64,000 nt of DNA from assembly GCA_963666565.1 (NCBI GenBank), contig OY762911.1:3008001-3072000 (forward strand), read 5' to 3'. Under the pieces are notes generated by a model. It was given only the letters and a program-made list of their open reading frames with translations. It was not told the DNA's origin and did not search any database. Shown here piece after piece: positions 52,159 to 62,900 of the stretch; position 1 is the first letter of the stretch; each line of letters starts with the position of its first letter. This DNA is from Thermoanaerobaculia bacterium (lineage in GTDB: Bacteria > Acidobacteriota > Thermoanaerobaculia > Multivoradales > Multivoraceae). A program made the position numbers and the translations under genes.

Positions 52159-55100
52159 CTACTGCGGCGCCGGAGTTTCGTCCGCTTCGCGGCCGGCCGG
52201 CGGCTGGACGGCCGGGATCTCCAGTTCCCGGGCCCGCCGGTTCAGTTCGTCGAGCCGGGGTCCGGTCAGCTCGTCCACCGCCTCGAGGATCGGCAGGAGT
52301 TCGGCTTCGAGATCCTCCAGGCGCTGGCGCGAACCGGCCGTCGGCCGCGCGGTGTTGCCGAAGACGTGGGTGTAGAGGTAGGCGTACTGGTTGTCGATCC
52401 GGGGCTGGAAGTTGAGCGCGTCCTGCGAGACGCGGCTGCGCGACTGGATGAGTTGGTCGTCGAGTTCCCCGGCCCGCTCCAGGACGGCCTCCACGGCCGG
52501 TTCGAGTTCGCCGGCCCCCGCGGCGTCGAGCCGATCCTGAAGAGCCCCGGCCTGTTCCCGGACGCTGCGCAGGCCGGCGATCGCGTCGTGGATCGCCGTC
52601 AACCGCGTCGACAACCGGTCGAGCATCGCGTACTGCTCCTCGAGGTCGGCCTCGGTGATGTCGTCGAGGCGCGGGTCGGCGAGCACCTCGAAGGTCCGGC
52701 TGTCGAGCCAGCCGGCGGCCCCGCCGCCGGTCCCGGCGTCGCCTTCGGACTCGGCGTCGCCTTCCGCCTGGGTGCGCGGGTCCTCTGACCCGCTGCCGCC
52801 GGAGGCGGCGTCAGGTGTCGCCGCCGGCGAAGCCGGCGTCCGCTCTTCGCTGGCGGCGACCGACAGCGTGGCCCGGTAAGTCCCCGGCGGCAAGTAGGGC
52901 CCGCCCGTGTACGACAGGGACATGATGGCGCCCTCGACCAGGTGGGGCGCCTGCCCGCGCAGGTTCCAGACGATCCGGTTGAGCCCCTCCTTCGCGTCGA
53001 AGGACTCGATCCGTGGACGCTCCTTGTCGCCGCCCTCGATCTCCTCGCCGTCCGGCAACGACACGAAGCGCCGCAGCACCCGGTCGCTGCCGTCGGAAGA
53101 GATCGTCAGTTCGACCCGGCCGGCCGGCTGCTCGGGCAGGTCGAACCAGATCGAGGCGCCGTTGACGAAGCCGCCGCCTCCGCCGGGCCGGTCGATGCGG
53201 ACCGTGGGTTCGGGAGAGAACAGCCGGGGCGCGGTCCGCGCCTCGCCGCCGGCGGCCTCCGCGGCGGCTTCCCCGGCGAGCTCGCGCACGGCGCCGAGAT
53301 CGTCGAGCACCCAGAAGCTCCGGCCCTGGGTCGCCAGCACCAGGTCCGGGTTGGCGGCGTTCTCGTGGATCAGCAGGTCGGTGATCGGCGTCCGCGGCAG
53401 GTTCAACTGGAACGGCAGCCAGGAGTCGCCGCCGTCGAACGAGGCGTAGAGGCCGAACTCGGTGCCGGCGAAGAGCAGGCCGGAGGCGCCCGGGTCCTCG
53501 CGCACGACGCGCACGAAGTGGTGCTCGGGCAGCCCATCCGTCTTCGTCGTCCAGGTGGCGCCGCCGTCGTCCGTGCGGAAGACGTAGGGCGTGTAGTCGT
53601 TCATGCGGTAGCGGTAGGCGCCGACGTATACGCGCGCCGGGTCGTGGCGCGAGACGTCGATCGAGTTGATCGTGCCGTCGGCCGGCATCCGGTCCGGCGT
53701 CACGTCGACCCACGTCGCGCCGTCGTCGCGGCTCCGGTGGATGCGGCCGTCGTCGCTGCCGGCCCAGATCTCGCCCGCCGTCCGCGGCGACTCGGCGAGC
53801 GCGAAGATCGTGTTGTAGACCTCGACGCCGGTGTGGTCGTGCTGGACGGGCCCGCCCGGGATTCCCTGTTTCTCGTCGTCGTCGGTCGTGAGATCCGGCG
53901 AGATCGTCTCCCACGTCCAGCCGCCGTCGCGGGTGCGGTGGACGTAGTTCGACGTGTGGTACACGACGTCCGGGTCGTGCCGGGAGATGAGGATCGGCGC
54001 GTTCCACTGGAAGCGGTAGCGCAGGTCGCGCGGCGCCGTGCCGTCCTGCATCTGCGGATAGAGGATCATGTTGCGGGAGGTGCCGCTCCGGTGGTCGTAG
54101 CGGTCGATGCGGCCCAGGTAGTTGCCGGAGTAGACGAGGTGAGGCTGCTCGGGATGGACCGCGATGTGCCCGCTCTCGGCGCCGGCCACCGAGTGCCAGT
54201 GCTGGGTCGCGGTCAGTTCGGGCATCGGCCGCGACGGCACGGAGATCGTGCTGTTGTCCTGCTGGGCGCCGTAGATCCGGTAGGGGAACTGGTTGTCGAC
54301 GGTGACCCGGTAGAACTCGGCGGTCGGCTGGTTGTTCTGGCCGGACCAGGAACGGCCGCCGTCGACGCTGACGTTGGCGCCGCCGTCGTTCGCCTGGACC
54401 ATGATGTGCGGCTGCTCCGGGTTGATCCAGAGGTCGTGGTTGTCGCCGTGCGGCGTTCCGACCCGCTCCCAGGTGGCGCCCGCGTCGACCGACTTGAAGA
54501 AGCGGACGTTCGAGCCCCAGACCGTGTTCGGATCGGCCGGGTCGGCGTGGATGTGGCTGTAGTACCAGCCGCGGGTGAGCAGGTCCGGCTCGTCGCTCAC
54601 CTTCTCCCAGGTGTCGCCGTGGTCCTCCGAGCGGAAGATGCCGCCGCGGCGTTCCGGCGCGGTGACGATCGTCCACAGCCGCCCCCGCCGCGCCGGCGAC
54701 GCGGAGACGCCGATGCGGCCGAGGACGCCCGTCGGCAGACCGCCTTCGAGCCGTTCCCAGGTATCGCCGCCGTCGGTCGAGCGGAACAGGCCGCCCTCCT
54801 CGCTGCCGTCGATCAGGGTCCAGGGCTTGCGCTCCACCCTCCACGCGGCGGCGTAGAGGACGCGGGGGTTGAACGGATCGAGCTCGAGGTCGGAGATGCC
54901 CTCGTCTTCGGAGATGCTGAGCACCTGTTCCCAGGTCTCGCCGCCGTCCGTCGAGCGGTAGACGCCGCGCTCCGGGTTGCTGCCGAAGATCTGGCCCAGT
55001 ACGCCGACCCAGAGCACGTTCGGGTCGTCCGGGTGGACGCGAACGCGGCTGATCGCGCCGGAGCGCTCCAGGCCGATGTGCTGCCAGGAGGCGCCGGCGT

Positions 55101-55488
55101 CGATCGACCGGTACATGCCGTCCCCGATCGAGACGTTGCCGCGCGGGCAGGCCGAGCCCATCCCGACGTAGATCACGTTGGGATCGCTCGGCGCCACGGT
55201 CACCGCGCCGACGGAGCCGGCCTTGAAGTCCTTGTCGCTCAGGTTCTCCCACGAGATGCCCGCGTTCGTCGTGCGCCAGACGCCGCCGCCCGTCGAGCCC
55301 ATGTAGAACGTGTAGGGGTGGGAGACGTGGCCGGCGACCGCGGTCACCCGGCCGCCGCGGCTGGGGCCGACGAGCCGGAACTCGATCCCCTCGAAGGGGC
55401 CGGAGTCCTCCTGGCTCCAGACCGGCGCCGCGGCAATGGCGGCGACCGCGAGCATCATGGGCGCGGACCTTGGGCGCGGGAGCAACAT
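52159..55488 (-). CDS. BNR/Asp-box beta-propeller protein (Vps10/sortilin-like 'glycosyl hydrolase')
   Basis: Signal peptide, FRLVGPSRGGRV, many S/TxDGGxTW repeats, HGDNH, QQDNS, ISPDLT, C-terminal helices. Confidence 0.88.
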   Translation of the reverse strand: MLLPRPRSAPMMLAVAAIAAAPVWSQEDSGPFEGIEFRLVGPSRGGRVTAVAGHVSHPYTFYMGSTGGGVWRTTNAGISWENLSDKDFKAGSVGAVTVAPSDPNVIYVGMGSACPRGNVSIGDGMYRSIDAGASWQHIGLERSGAISRVRVHPDDPNVLWVGVLGQIFGSNPERGVYRSTDGGETWEQVLSISEDEGISDLELDPFNPRVLYAAAWRVERKPWTLIDGSEEGGLFRSTDGGDTWERLEGGLPTGVLGRIGVSASPARRGRLWTIVTAPERRGGIFRSEDHGDTWEKVSDEPDLLTRGWYYSHIHADPADPNTVWGSNVRFFKSVDAGATWERVGTPHGDNHDLWINPEQPHIMVQANDGGANVSVDGGRSWSGQNNQPTAEFYRVTVDNQFPYRIYGAQQDNSTISVPSRPMPELTATQHWHSVAGAESGHIAVHPEQPHLVYSGNYLGRIDRYDHRSGTSRNMILYPQMQDGTAPRDLRYRFQWNAPILISRHDPDVVYHTSNYVHRTRDGGWTWETISPDLTTDDDEKQGIPGGPVQHDHTGVEVYNTIFALAESPRTAGEIWAGSDDGRIHRSRDDGATWVDVTPDRMPADGTINSIDVSRHDPARVYVGAYRYRMNDYTPYVFRTDDGGATWTTKTDGLPEHHFVRVVREDPGASGLLFAGTEFGLYASFDGGDSWLPFQLNLPRTPITDLLIHENAANPDLVLATQGRSFWVLDDLGAVRELAGEAAAEAAGGEARTAPRLFSPEPTVRIDRPGGGGGFVNGASIWFDLPEQPAGRVELTISSDGSDRVLRRFVSLPDGEEIEGGDKERPRIESFDAKEGLNRIVWNLRGQAPHLVEGAIMSLSYTGGPYLPPGTYRATLSVAASEERTPASPAATPDAASGGSGSEDPRTQAEGDAESEGDAGTGGGAAGWLDSRTFEVLADPRLDDITEADLEEQYAMLDRLSTRLTAIHDAIAGLRSVREQAGALQDRLDAAGAGELEPAVEAVLERAGELDDQLIQSRSRVSQDALNFQPRIDNQYAYLYTHVFGNTARPTAGSRQRLEDLEAELLPILEAVDELTGPRLDELNRRARELEIPAVQPPAGREADETPAPQ
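52768..52809. repeat. REP-like family 1 copy inside the BNR-repeat gene (encodes AASGGSGSEDPRTQ)
   Basis: ctgggtgcgcgggtcctctgacccgctgccgccggaggcggc. Confidence 0.85.
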
Positions 55489-55626
55489 CGTCGCGGCGTA
55501 GTCTATGGGCTGAGAGCGTCGGCAGGGCGCGGCGCGCCGTGACCGGGGCGCAGGTCTCCGGGCCGGCTGCCGACGGCGGCGGTCGGGCGCCGCGCGGGCG
55601 CGTCCGGCTGCTACATTGACGCGGTT

Positions 55627-56538
55627 TTGAGCGACCAGCCTGCCGCCCGACCGCCGCTTGTCATCTATACCGACGGCGGCGCCAGTCCCAACCCCGGCCC
55701 GGGCGGCTGGGGGGCGGTGATCCTGGAGTCCGGCGGGAAGTCGCGGGAACTCGCGGGCGGCGCTCCGAGCACCACGAACAACCGCATGGAGCTCCAGGCG
55801 GCGATCTCGGCGCTCGCCGACCTGGCGGAACCGAGCGCGGTCGATCTCTACACGGACTCGCAGTACGTCCGGCAGGGAATCACCTCGTGGCTGAGCCGCT
55901 GGCGCCGCCAGCACTGGCGCCGGCGAGACGGCGGGGCGGTCAAGAACGTCGACCTGTGGCGCCGGCTGGAAGGTCTGAACAGGCGTCACCGCGTCCGCTG
56001 GCACTGGGTGAAGGGCCACGCCGGCAACGAATGGAACGAGCGCGTGGACGCCCTCGCCAGCGCGGAGATCGCGGCACGGGGCGGCGGCGCCGCCGCGGAG
56101 CCGGACGCCGAGGTCGAGGTTCCGGCAGACAGCGCCCGGGTCTTTCTGAAGGTCCGCTGCGTCGGCGGGCGCGGCGCGTGGGCGGCGGAGGTGGAGAGCC
56201 CCGGCGAATCGGGCCGGCGAACGGGCCGCGCCTCGGGAACCACGCCGAACCGCCTGGAACTGGAGTGCGTTCTCGATCTGCTGGCGGCGCTGCCGCCGGA
56301 ACGGCCGGTTGCCGTCTACACCGGCAACGACTACCTGCGGCGGGGCGCCTCGTTGTGGATCCACTCGTGGAAGCGCAACCGCTGGCGCACGAAGTCCGGC
56401 GGACAGGTCAAGAACGCCGACCTCTGGCACCGGCTCGACCGCCTGCTCGAAGGGCGGCGGGTGCTCTGGCCGGCGCCGACGGGCGAGGCGGCGGAGCGGT
56501 TGGCCGAGTTGAAGGCCAGGGCGCGCGACCTGTTCTGA
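55627..56538 (+). CDS. rnhA: Ribonuclease HI fused to a second, degenerate RNase H domain
   Basis: [47 protein letters not shown]. Second copy has TTPNRLEL and VKNADLW. Confidence 0.9.
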   Translation: MSDQPAARPPLVIYTDGGASPNPGPGGWGAVILESGGKSRELAGGAPSTTNNRMELQAAISALADLAEPSAVDLYTDSQYVRQGITSWLSRWRRQHWRRRDGGAVKNVDLWRRLEGLNRRHRVRWHWVKGHAGNEWNERVDALASAEIAARGGGAAAEPDAEVEVPADSARVFLKVRCVGGRGAWAAEVESPGESGRRTGRASGTTPNRLELECVLDLLAALPPERPVAVYTGNDYLRRGASLWIHSWKRNRWRTKSGGQVKNADLWHRLDRLLEGRRVLWPAPTGEAAERLAELKARARDLF

Positions 56539-56649
56539 GGCCGGCGACCCTCCTCCAGCGGCTGCGATTCGGGCAAGCGGCTCAGTCCGCGAGGTTCGGG
56601 GTGATTCGGTGGTCGCACGGCCCGAGTATCGTGCTAGTCTGCCTTTACG

Positions 56650-59600
56650 GTGATATCTCCTGCCGTTTCACTGCAATCTGGGTTCCAAAGAGCAGCGTTG
56701 CGGTACGCCTTGTCGGCGGCACTGCTGTTGGCGACGGCTCCGGCGGCTCAGGCACAGCGGCTGCTGACGCTCGTCCCGGGCGTTGCGGAGGCGACCTCGG
56801 CGGACGCTCCCGGCCCGTCGATCGGGCCGGTTCCGACGGCGGTGCAGGTGGACCTGGGCCTGCTGCGCAGCGCGCCGCCTTGGCTGGAGGTGCCGACGCC
56901 GGACGGCAGCGTCCTCTCGGCGGAGCGGAGCGTGTTCGAGGATCGCGGCGGCGGCGACCTGATGTGGTCGGGCGGCCATCCGGACGCGGGGTACGACACG
57001 GTTGTGCTGACGGTGGAGGGCGGCCGGTTGGTGGGCCGGTTCGGCGCCGCGGGCGGAGGCGCCTACCGGATCCACGCGGCCTCGGACGGCCGGGGCGGCA
57101 TGGCGCCGGTCGGCGGTCCGCGGCCGGAGGGAGTGCCGTTCTGCGGGGTGGAGACAGTCGAGGAGCACCACCACGACGCCGCGGCCCATGCCCGAACAGG
57201 GGTCCACTCTGCCGATTCACCCCAGCCGGTGAGCAGTCCGCAGAGCCACGACCGGCTGGACATCCTGGTGGCGTACACGGCGACGGCGGCCGAGAACTGG
57301 GCGGGCATCGGCGGGCCCGAGGCTGCGATCCGCCACGCGGGCGACTACCTGAAGATGGTGTTTCGGAACAACGAGCTGCCGGTTGAGCCACACATCGTCC
57401 ACGCCTTCCGGACGTCCGCCGTTCTGGACCGGGCCATGAGAGACCGACAACTGCGCTTTCCGAGCTTCGGTCTGTTGGAGTTCCTCCGGGAGGATGGAGA
57501 CCAGTGGCGCTTGCGCCATGAACACCGGGCCGACCTGGTGCATCTCTTCACGGGCGAAGGCCCGGCCCTTACCGGCCCTTGCGGCCGGGCCTTCCCGCTG
57601 CAGAGGGGCGACACGGCACGGACCTTTGCCAACGCCGCCTACGCCTGGACGTCGAACGCCGGCTACTGCGACTACGTCGTCACCTTCGTTCACGAGATCG
57701 GCCACAATCTGGGCGCCAACCACGATCCGGCCAGTGCAAGTTTCCCGCAGAGTACGTTCAGGCCGTACGGCTTCGGCCACGGGAACCGCGACGCGATGCC
57801 GCCCATCGGCACGGCAGTGAGCAACGCGGGCCAGATCGAGCCGTTCTTCTCCACGCCGCGGTTCCGGCCCTGGGGCGCCACGGTCGGCATCGCGGGCTTG
57901 CGGGACAACGAGCGGCTCCTGCGGGAAACGGTCCACATCGGCGCGCGCTACAGCGACCATCTGCGTTCGCTGGAGGGAGTGCCGGCGCCGCCGAGCGACC
58001 TTCGGATATGGCGGGACGGCGAGTTCCTGCGCCTTTCCTGGCAGGGCAACGCGCCGGACGCGGACGGGTACGAGGTGGGGTGCTACTACTTCCATGGCAG
58101 AGACACCGTTCGGCGGGTCGAAGGCAGTACTCGGGCGACGATTCCTCTGGAACGCCATGAACCGGGCACGACCTACCAGTGCCACGTGCTGGCGACGAAA
58201 GGGGAGGAGCGTTCCCTGCGAAGCGGCTACGCCTACCTGGTCATCCCCGGCGAGCCGCTCAGGGCGCCGTCTGACGTAGTCGTGGAGCCCTTTTCGTCAA
58301 TCGTGAACGTGCGCTGGACGGACAACTCGGACAACGAGATCGGGTTCGAGGTGCAACTGCTGGAGGACGGCGAGCCCGTCGGGCGAAAGTGGGCATCGCC
58401 AAACGAGACGAGCGAGTCTTTCCGGGAGCCAAAGGTACAGCCCCGGGACTCCGAGTATCGAGTGCGGGTGTTCGCGGTCCACCAGACCGCGGCTTCGGAG
58501 GCCGGCGAGTCGGCGGCCTTCCGCTGGCGAAGCCATCCGCTCGCTCCAGGTCCCGTCGCCGATCTCACGGCAACGGCCATCGGGCCGACGACGGTGCGGG
58601 TGAGTTGGACCGGTCCCCCCGAGAAGCACCACTACCACTCGACCCACGCCCGTCTTGAGGGCTGGAGCCATCGCCCCGGCCTGTACGGAAACCGGGTGGA
58701 CATCGCTGGGCTTGCCCGAGGCGGCCGCTACACGTTCGAGGTCGCGGTCGGCAACGACCATGGCCGGGGCCCCTACTCCCGGGCGCATCTGACCTTGGGG
58801 GATCGCGGCGCTGGACCGGAGGCGCCCTCGGATCTTGCCATGGTCATCGAGGGCGACACGGCACGCCTGAGCTGGAAGGACAACTCCGACGACGAGCTGG
58901 GCTTCGAGGTTCAGTCGGGGTCGTTCAGGTTGGCACTCGTCCCGCCGGACACGACGACGGCCCTCGTCCCCTCCTGGCGGGTGAACGACCCGCTGTCCAA
59001 GAAGAAGGTGTACGCGTACAACGAGCGCGGCTTTTCCCTCCCCGCCGTGATCGGGGCCGCGCCGCGCACAGGCACCTGTTCGCCGGACGCGGAGACGCTT
59101 TGCCTGCGGGACTCGCGCTTCGAGGTGAGGATGAGATGGGACGCTTGGTTAAGCCAAGGGAGAAGGGGGCGCGGCCGGGTCGTTCCCGCTGGCACGAACG
59201 ATTCGGGCCTCTTCCACTTCTTCGACCCTGAGAACTGGGAGGTGCTGATCAAGGTGCTGGACGGCTGCGCGATCAACGGGCGAATGTGGGTGCTTGGCGC
59301 TTCGACGACCGATCTGGGTTACTGGATACGAGTGAAGGACACGGTCACCGGCGATTCGCGGTCTTACTGGAACGAGCCCGGTCAACCGGCGTCGGCGATC
59401 GTGGACACGGAGGCGTTTCCCCTGGCCTGCGGCGACGCGGCGACGGCCGGCGCGGCTTCCGCGGAGCGCACAGGCGACGGGGCGTTCCGCCGGCTCGCGG
59501 CGGGAGCGAGAGCCGCCGTGCCGATGGTCGCGGCGGCGGATAGGGCGGCGGGCCGGTGCGAGGCCGGCCCGACGACGCTGTGTCTGGGGAGCGGCCGGTT

Positions 59601-59934
59601 CTCGGCGGGAATCGAGGCGTCCACGTTGGGCGGCGAGCGGCACGAGGGCTTCGTCGCGCGGGCGGGCACGGAAAGGGCGGGCCTCTTCTGGTTCTTCGAC
59701 CCGGAGAACTGGGAGGTGTTGGTGAAGGTCCTGGACGGCTGCGCGATCAACGGGCACCACTGGGTGTTCGCCGCCTCGGCGACCGACATGGGCCTCGACC
59801 TGCTGGTGGAGGACGAGGTGACCGGTGGGACGAAGAGGTACGGCACGAACGTCGGCGAGCCGGCCCCGGCGATCGTCGATACCGAGGCGCTGGCCTGCGC
59901 GGCCGGCGCGGCGACCGGCGGAGACAACGCATGA
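56650..59934 (+). CDS. Secreted M12/reprolysin-like metallopeptidase with FN3 repeats and two Cys-containing C-terminal domains (paralogue 1)
   Basis: Signal peptide, PFCG cysteine-switch-like motif, HEIGHNLGANH, WTDNSDNE and WKDNSDDE FN3 motifs, two FFDPENWEVLxKVLDGC domains. Confidence 0.85.
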   Translation: MISPAVSLQSGFQRAALRYALSAALLLATAPAAQAQRLLTLVPGVAEATSADAPGPSIGPVPTAVQVDLGLLRSAPPWLEVPTPDGSVLSAERSVFEDRGGGDLMWSGGHPDAGYDTVVLTVEGGRLVGRFGAAGGGAYRIHAASDGRGGMAPVGGPRPEGVPFCGVETVEEHHHDAAAHARTGVHSADSPQPVSSPQSHDRLDILVAYTATAAENWAGIGGPEAAIRHAGDYLKMVFRNNELPVEPHIVHAFRTSAVLDRAMRDRQLRFPSFGLLEFLREDGDQWRLRHEHRADLVHLFTGEGPALTGPCGRAFPLQRGDTARTFANAAYAWTSNAGYCDYVVTFVHEIGHNLGANHDPASASFPQSTFRPYGFGHGNRDAMPPIGTAVSNAGQIEPFFSTPRFRPWGATVGIAGLRDNERLLRETVHIGARYSDHLRSLEGVPAPPSDLRIWRDGEFLRLSWQGNAPDADGYEVGCYYFHGRDTVRRVEGSTRATIPLERHEPGTTYQCHVLATKGEERSLRSGYAYLVIPGEPLRAPSDVVVEPFSSIVNVRWTDNSDNEIGFEVQLLEDGEPVGRKWASPNETSESFREPKVQPRDSEYRVRVFAVHQTAASEAGESAAFRWRSHPLAPGPVADLTATAIGPTTVRVSWTGPPEKHHYHSTHARLEGWSHRPGLYGNRVDIAGLARGGRYTFEVAVGNDHGRGPYSRAHLTLGDRGAGPEAPSDLAMVIEGDTARLSWKDNSDDELGFEVQSGSFRLALVPPDTTTALVPSWRVNDPLSKKKVYAYNERGFSLPAVIGAAPRTGTCSPDAETLCLRDSRFEVRMRWDAWLSQGRRGRGRVVPAGTNDSGLFHFFDPENWEVLIKVLDGCAINGRMWVLGASTTDLGYWIRVKDTVTGDSRSYWNEPGQPASAIVDTEAFPLACGDAATAGAASAERTGDGAFRRLAAGARAAVPMVAAADRAAGRCEAGPTTLCLGSGRFSAGIEASTLGGERHEGFVARAGTERAGLFWFFDPENWEVLVKVLDGCAINGHHWVFAASATDMGLDLLVEDEVTGGTKRYGTNVGEPAPAIVDTEALACAAGAATGGDNA

Positions 59935-62900
59935 GTCCGTTGGCTTCCCTGTTCGCTGGATTGCGCCGTGCAGCGGCGCCGTGCGGATTGCCGGCGGCGC
60001 TGCTACTGGTGCCGACTCCAGCGGCTCAGGCGCAACGGCTGCTGACGCTCGTCCCGGGCGTTGCGGAGGCGACCTCGGCGGACGATCCAGGCCCGTCGAT
60101 CGGGCCGGTGCCGACAGCGGTGGAGGTCGACCTGGGGTTGCTGCGCAGCGCGCCGGCCTGGCTGGAGGTGCCGACGCCGGACGGCAGCGTGCTGTCGGCG
60201 GAGCGGACCGTGTTCGAGGACCGCGGCGGCGGCGATCTGATGTGGTCGGGCGGCCACCCGGACGCGGGGTACGACACGGTGGTGCTGACGGTGGAGGGCG
60301 GCCGCCTGGTGGGCCGGTTCGGCGCGGCGGGCGGCGGGGCGTACCAGATCCACGCGGCGGCCGACGGCCGGGGCGGCATGGCGCCGGTCGGCGGTCCGCG
60401 GCCGGAGGGCGTGCCGTTCTGCGAGGTGGAAACGGTCCCGGACGACACCCGCAGCGCCGCGGCCCATACTGGGGCGGGGTCCCGCGCAGCCGATCTTCCC
60501 GTGCCGGTGAGCAATCCGCGGAGCCACGACCGGCTGGACATCCTGGTGGCGTACACGGCCACGGCCGCCGAGAACTGGGCGGGAATCGGCGGCCCCGAGG
60601 CGGCGATCCGCCACGCCGGCGACTACCTGAAGATGGTGTTCTCGAACAACGAGCTGCCGGTGGAGCCGCACATCGTCCACGCCTTTCGGACGTCCGCCCT
60701 TCTGGACCGGGCCATGAGAGACGGACGTCTGCGCTTTCCGAAGCGCCCACTGTTGATGCTCCTCAAGGAGGACGGAGACCAGTGGCGCTTGCGCCACGAA
60801 CATCGGGCCGATCTGGTGCATCTCTTCACGGGCGAAGGACCGGGCCTTACCGGCCCCTGCGGCCGGGCCTTCCCGCTGCAGAGGGGGGACACGGCACGGA
60901 CCTTCCACACGGGAGCCTACGCCTGGACGTCGAACGCCGGCTATTGCGACTACGTGGCGACCTTCGTTCACGAGATCGGCCACAATCTGGGGGCCAACCA
61001 CGATCCGGCCAGCGCATGGTCCCCGCAGAATGCCTTCAGGCCGTACGGCTTCGGCCACGGGAACCGCGACGCGATGCCGCCCATCGGCACGGCAGTGAGC
61101 AACGCGGGCCAGATCGAGCCGTTCTTCTCCACGCCGCGGTTCAGGGCCTGGGGCGCCGTGGTCGGCATCGCGGGCTTGCGGGACAACGAGCGGCTGTTAC
61201 GGGAAACGGTCCACATCGGCGCGCGCTACAGCGACCACTTGCGTTCGCTGGAGGGAGTGCCGGCGCCGCCGAGCGACCTTCGGATGCGGCGGGACGGCGC
61301 TTTCGCTCGCCTCTCGTGGCAGGGCAACGCGCCGGACGCGGACGGGTACGAAGTGGGGTGTTGGGACGGAAGCGGCCCCGCCGTCGCCATTTTGCGGGTC
61401 GAGGGACGCAGCGAGGCGACGATTCCTCTGGAACGCCATGAACCGGGCACGGTGCTCAAGTGCGAGGTACTGGCGACGAAAGGGGAGGAGCGGTCCCTGC
61501 GGAGCGGTTACGCCTACCTGGCCATCCCCGGCGATCCGCTCAGAGCGCCGTCCGACGTGGTCGTGGAGCCTTCCTTGTCAATCGTGAACGTGCGCTGGAC
61601 GGACAACTCGGACAACGAGATTGGCTTCGAGGTGCAGTTGCTGGAGGACGGCGAACCGGTCGCGCGGAGATGGGCATTGCCAAACGAGACGAGCGAGTCT
61701 CTCTCTGAGTGGAGGGTGCAGCCCCGGGACCGCGAGCACCGGGTGCGGGTGTTCGCGGTCCATCAGACCGCGGCTTCGGAGGCCGGCGAGTCGGCGGCCT
61801 TCCGCTGGCGAAGCCATCCGCTCGCTCCAGGTCCCGTCGCCGATCTCACGGCGACGGCCATCGGACCGACGACTGTGAGGGTCAGTTGGACGGGAAAGCC
61901 CGGGAGCGACTACTACTGGGTCAGTGCCCTCCTCGAGGGCTGGCGCCACCGGCCCTTGCCTGTACGGACCGACCGGAACCCGGTGTACATCGAAGGGCTT
62001 GCCCGAGGCGGCCGCTACACGTTTGAAGTCTTGGCCACCAACCACCATGACGGTAGCCTGCCCTCCCGGACGCATCTGAGCCTGGGGGCTCGCGGCGCGG
62101 GGCCGGAGGCGCCCTCGTCCCTTTCCGTGGTCGTCGAGGGAGAAACGGCGCGCCTGAACTGGAAGGACAACTCCGACGACGAGCTGGGCTTCGAGATTCA
62201 GTCGGGGTCGTTCAGGTTGGCACTCGTCCCGCTGGACACGACGACGGCCCTCGTCCCATCCGGCTACGTGAACAACCCGCTGCTCGCGCCGAGGGTGTAC
62301 GCGTACAACGAGCGGGGCTTTTCCCTGCCCGCCGTGTTCGGGGCCGCGCCGCGTGGTACCTGTTTGCCGGACGCGGAGACGCTTTGCCTGCGGGACTCGC
62401 GCTTCAAGGTGAGGATGCAGTGGCGGACCCGGCTCGGCGAGGGGGGCCGCGGCCGGGTCGTTCCCGCGGGCACGAACGACTCGGGCCTCTTCCGCTTCTT
62501 CGACCCGGAGAACTGGGAGGTGCTGATCAAGGTACTGGATGGCTGCGCGATCAACGGGCGTATATGGGTGCTTGGCGCTTCGACGACCGATCTGGGTTAC
62601 TGGATACGGGTGACGGACACGGTCACGTCCGACTCGCGGTCGTACTGGAACGATCCGGACCGGCCGGCGTCGGCGATCGTGGACACGGAGGCGTTCCCCC
62701 TGCCTTGCGGCGCCGCCGCGACGGTCGGCGCGACGTCCGCGGGGTCCCCAAGCGGCGGGGCGTTCGGCGGGCTCGCGGCGGGACCGAGAGCCTCGGCGAC
62801 GCGGCTCGCGGCGGCGGATAGGGCGTCGGGTCGGTGCGAGGCCGGCCCGACGACGCTGTGTCTGGGTAGCGGCCGGTTCTCGTTGGGAATCGAGGCGTCC

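Noticed and set aside
56565-56645. Resemblance to a ydaO/c-di-AMP riboswitch (gctcagtccgcgagg, ggggtgattc, gcccgag...gcta) upstream of the protease
   Set aside because: It is too short and lacks the GGGGGAACC-type and CCGUCAGCUAAC-type conserved segments. A -10 box 9 nt before the GTG would place it outside the transcript. An Rfam covariance search would settle it.
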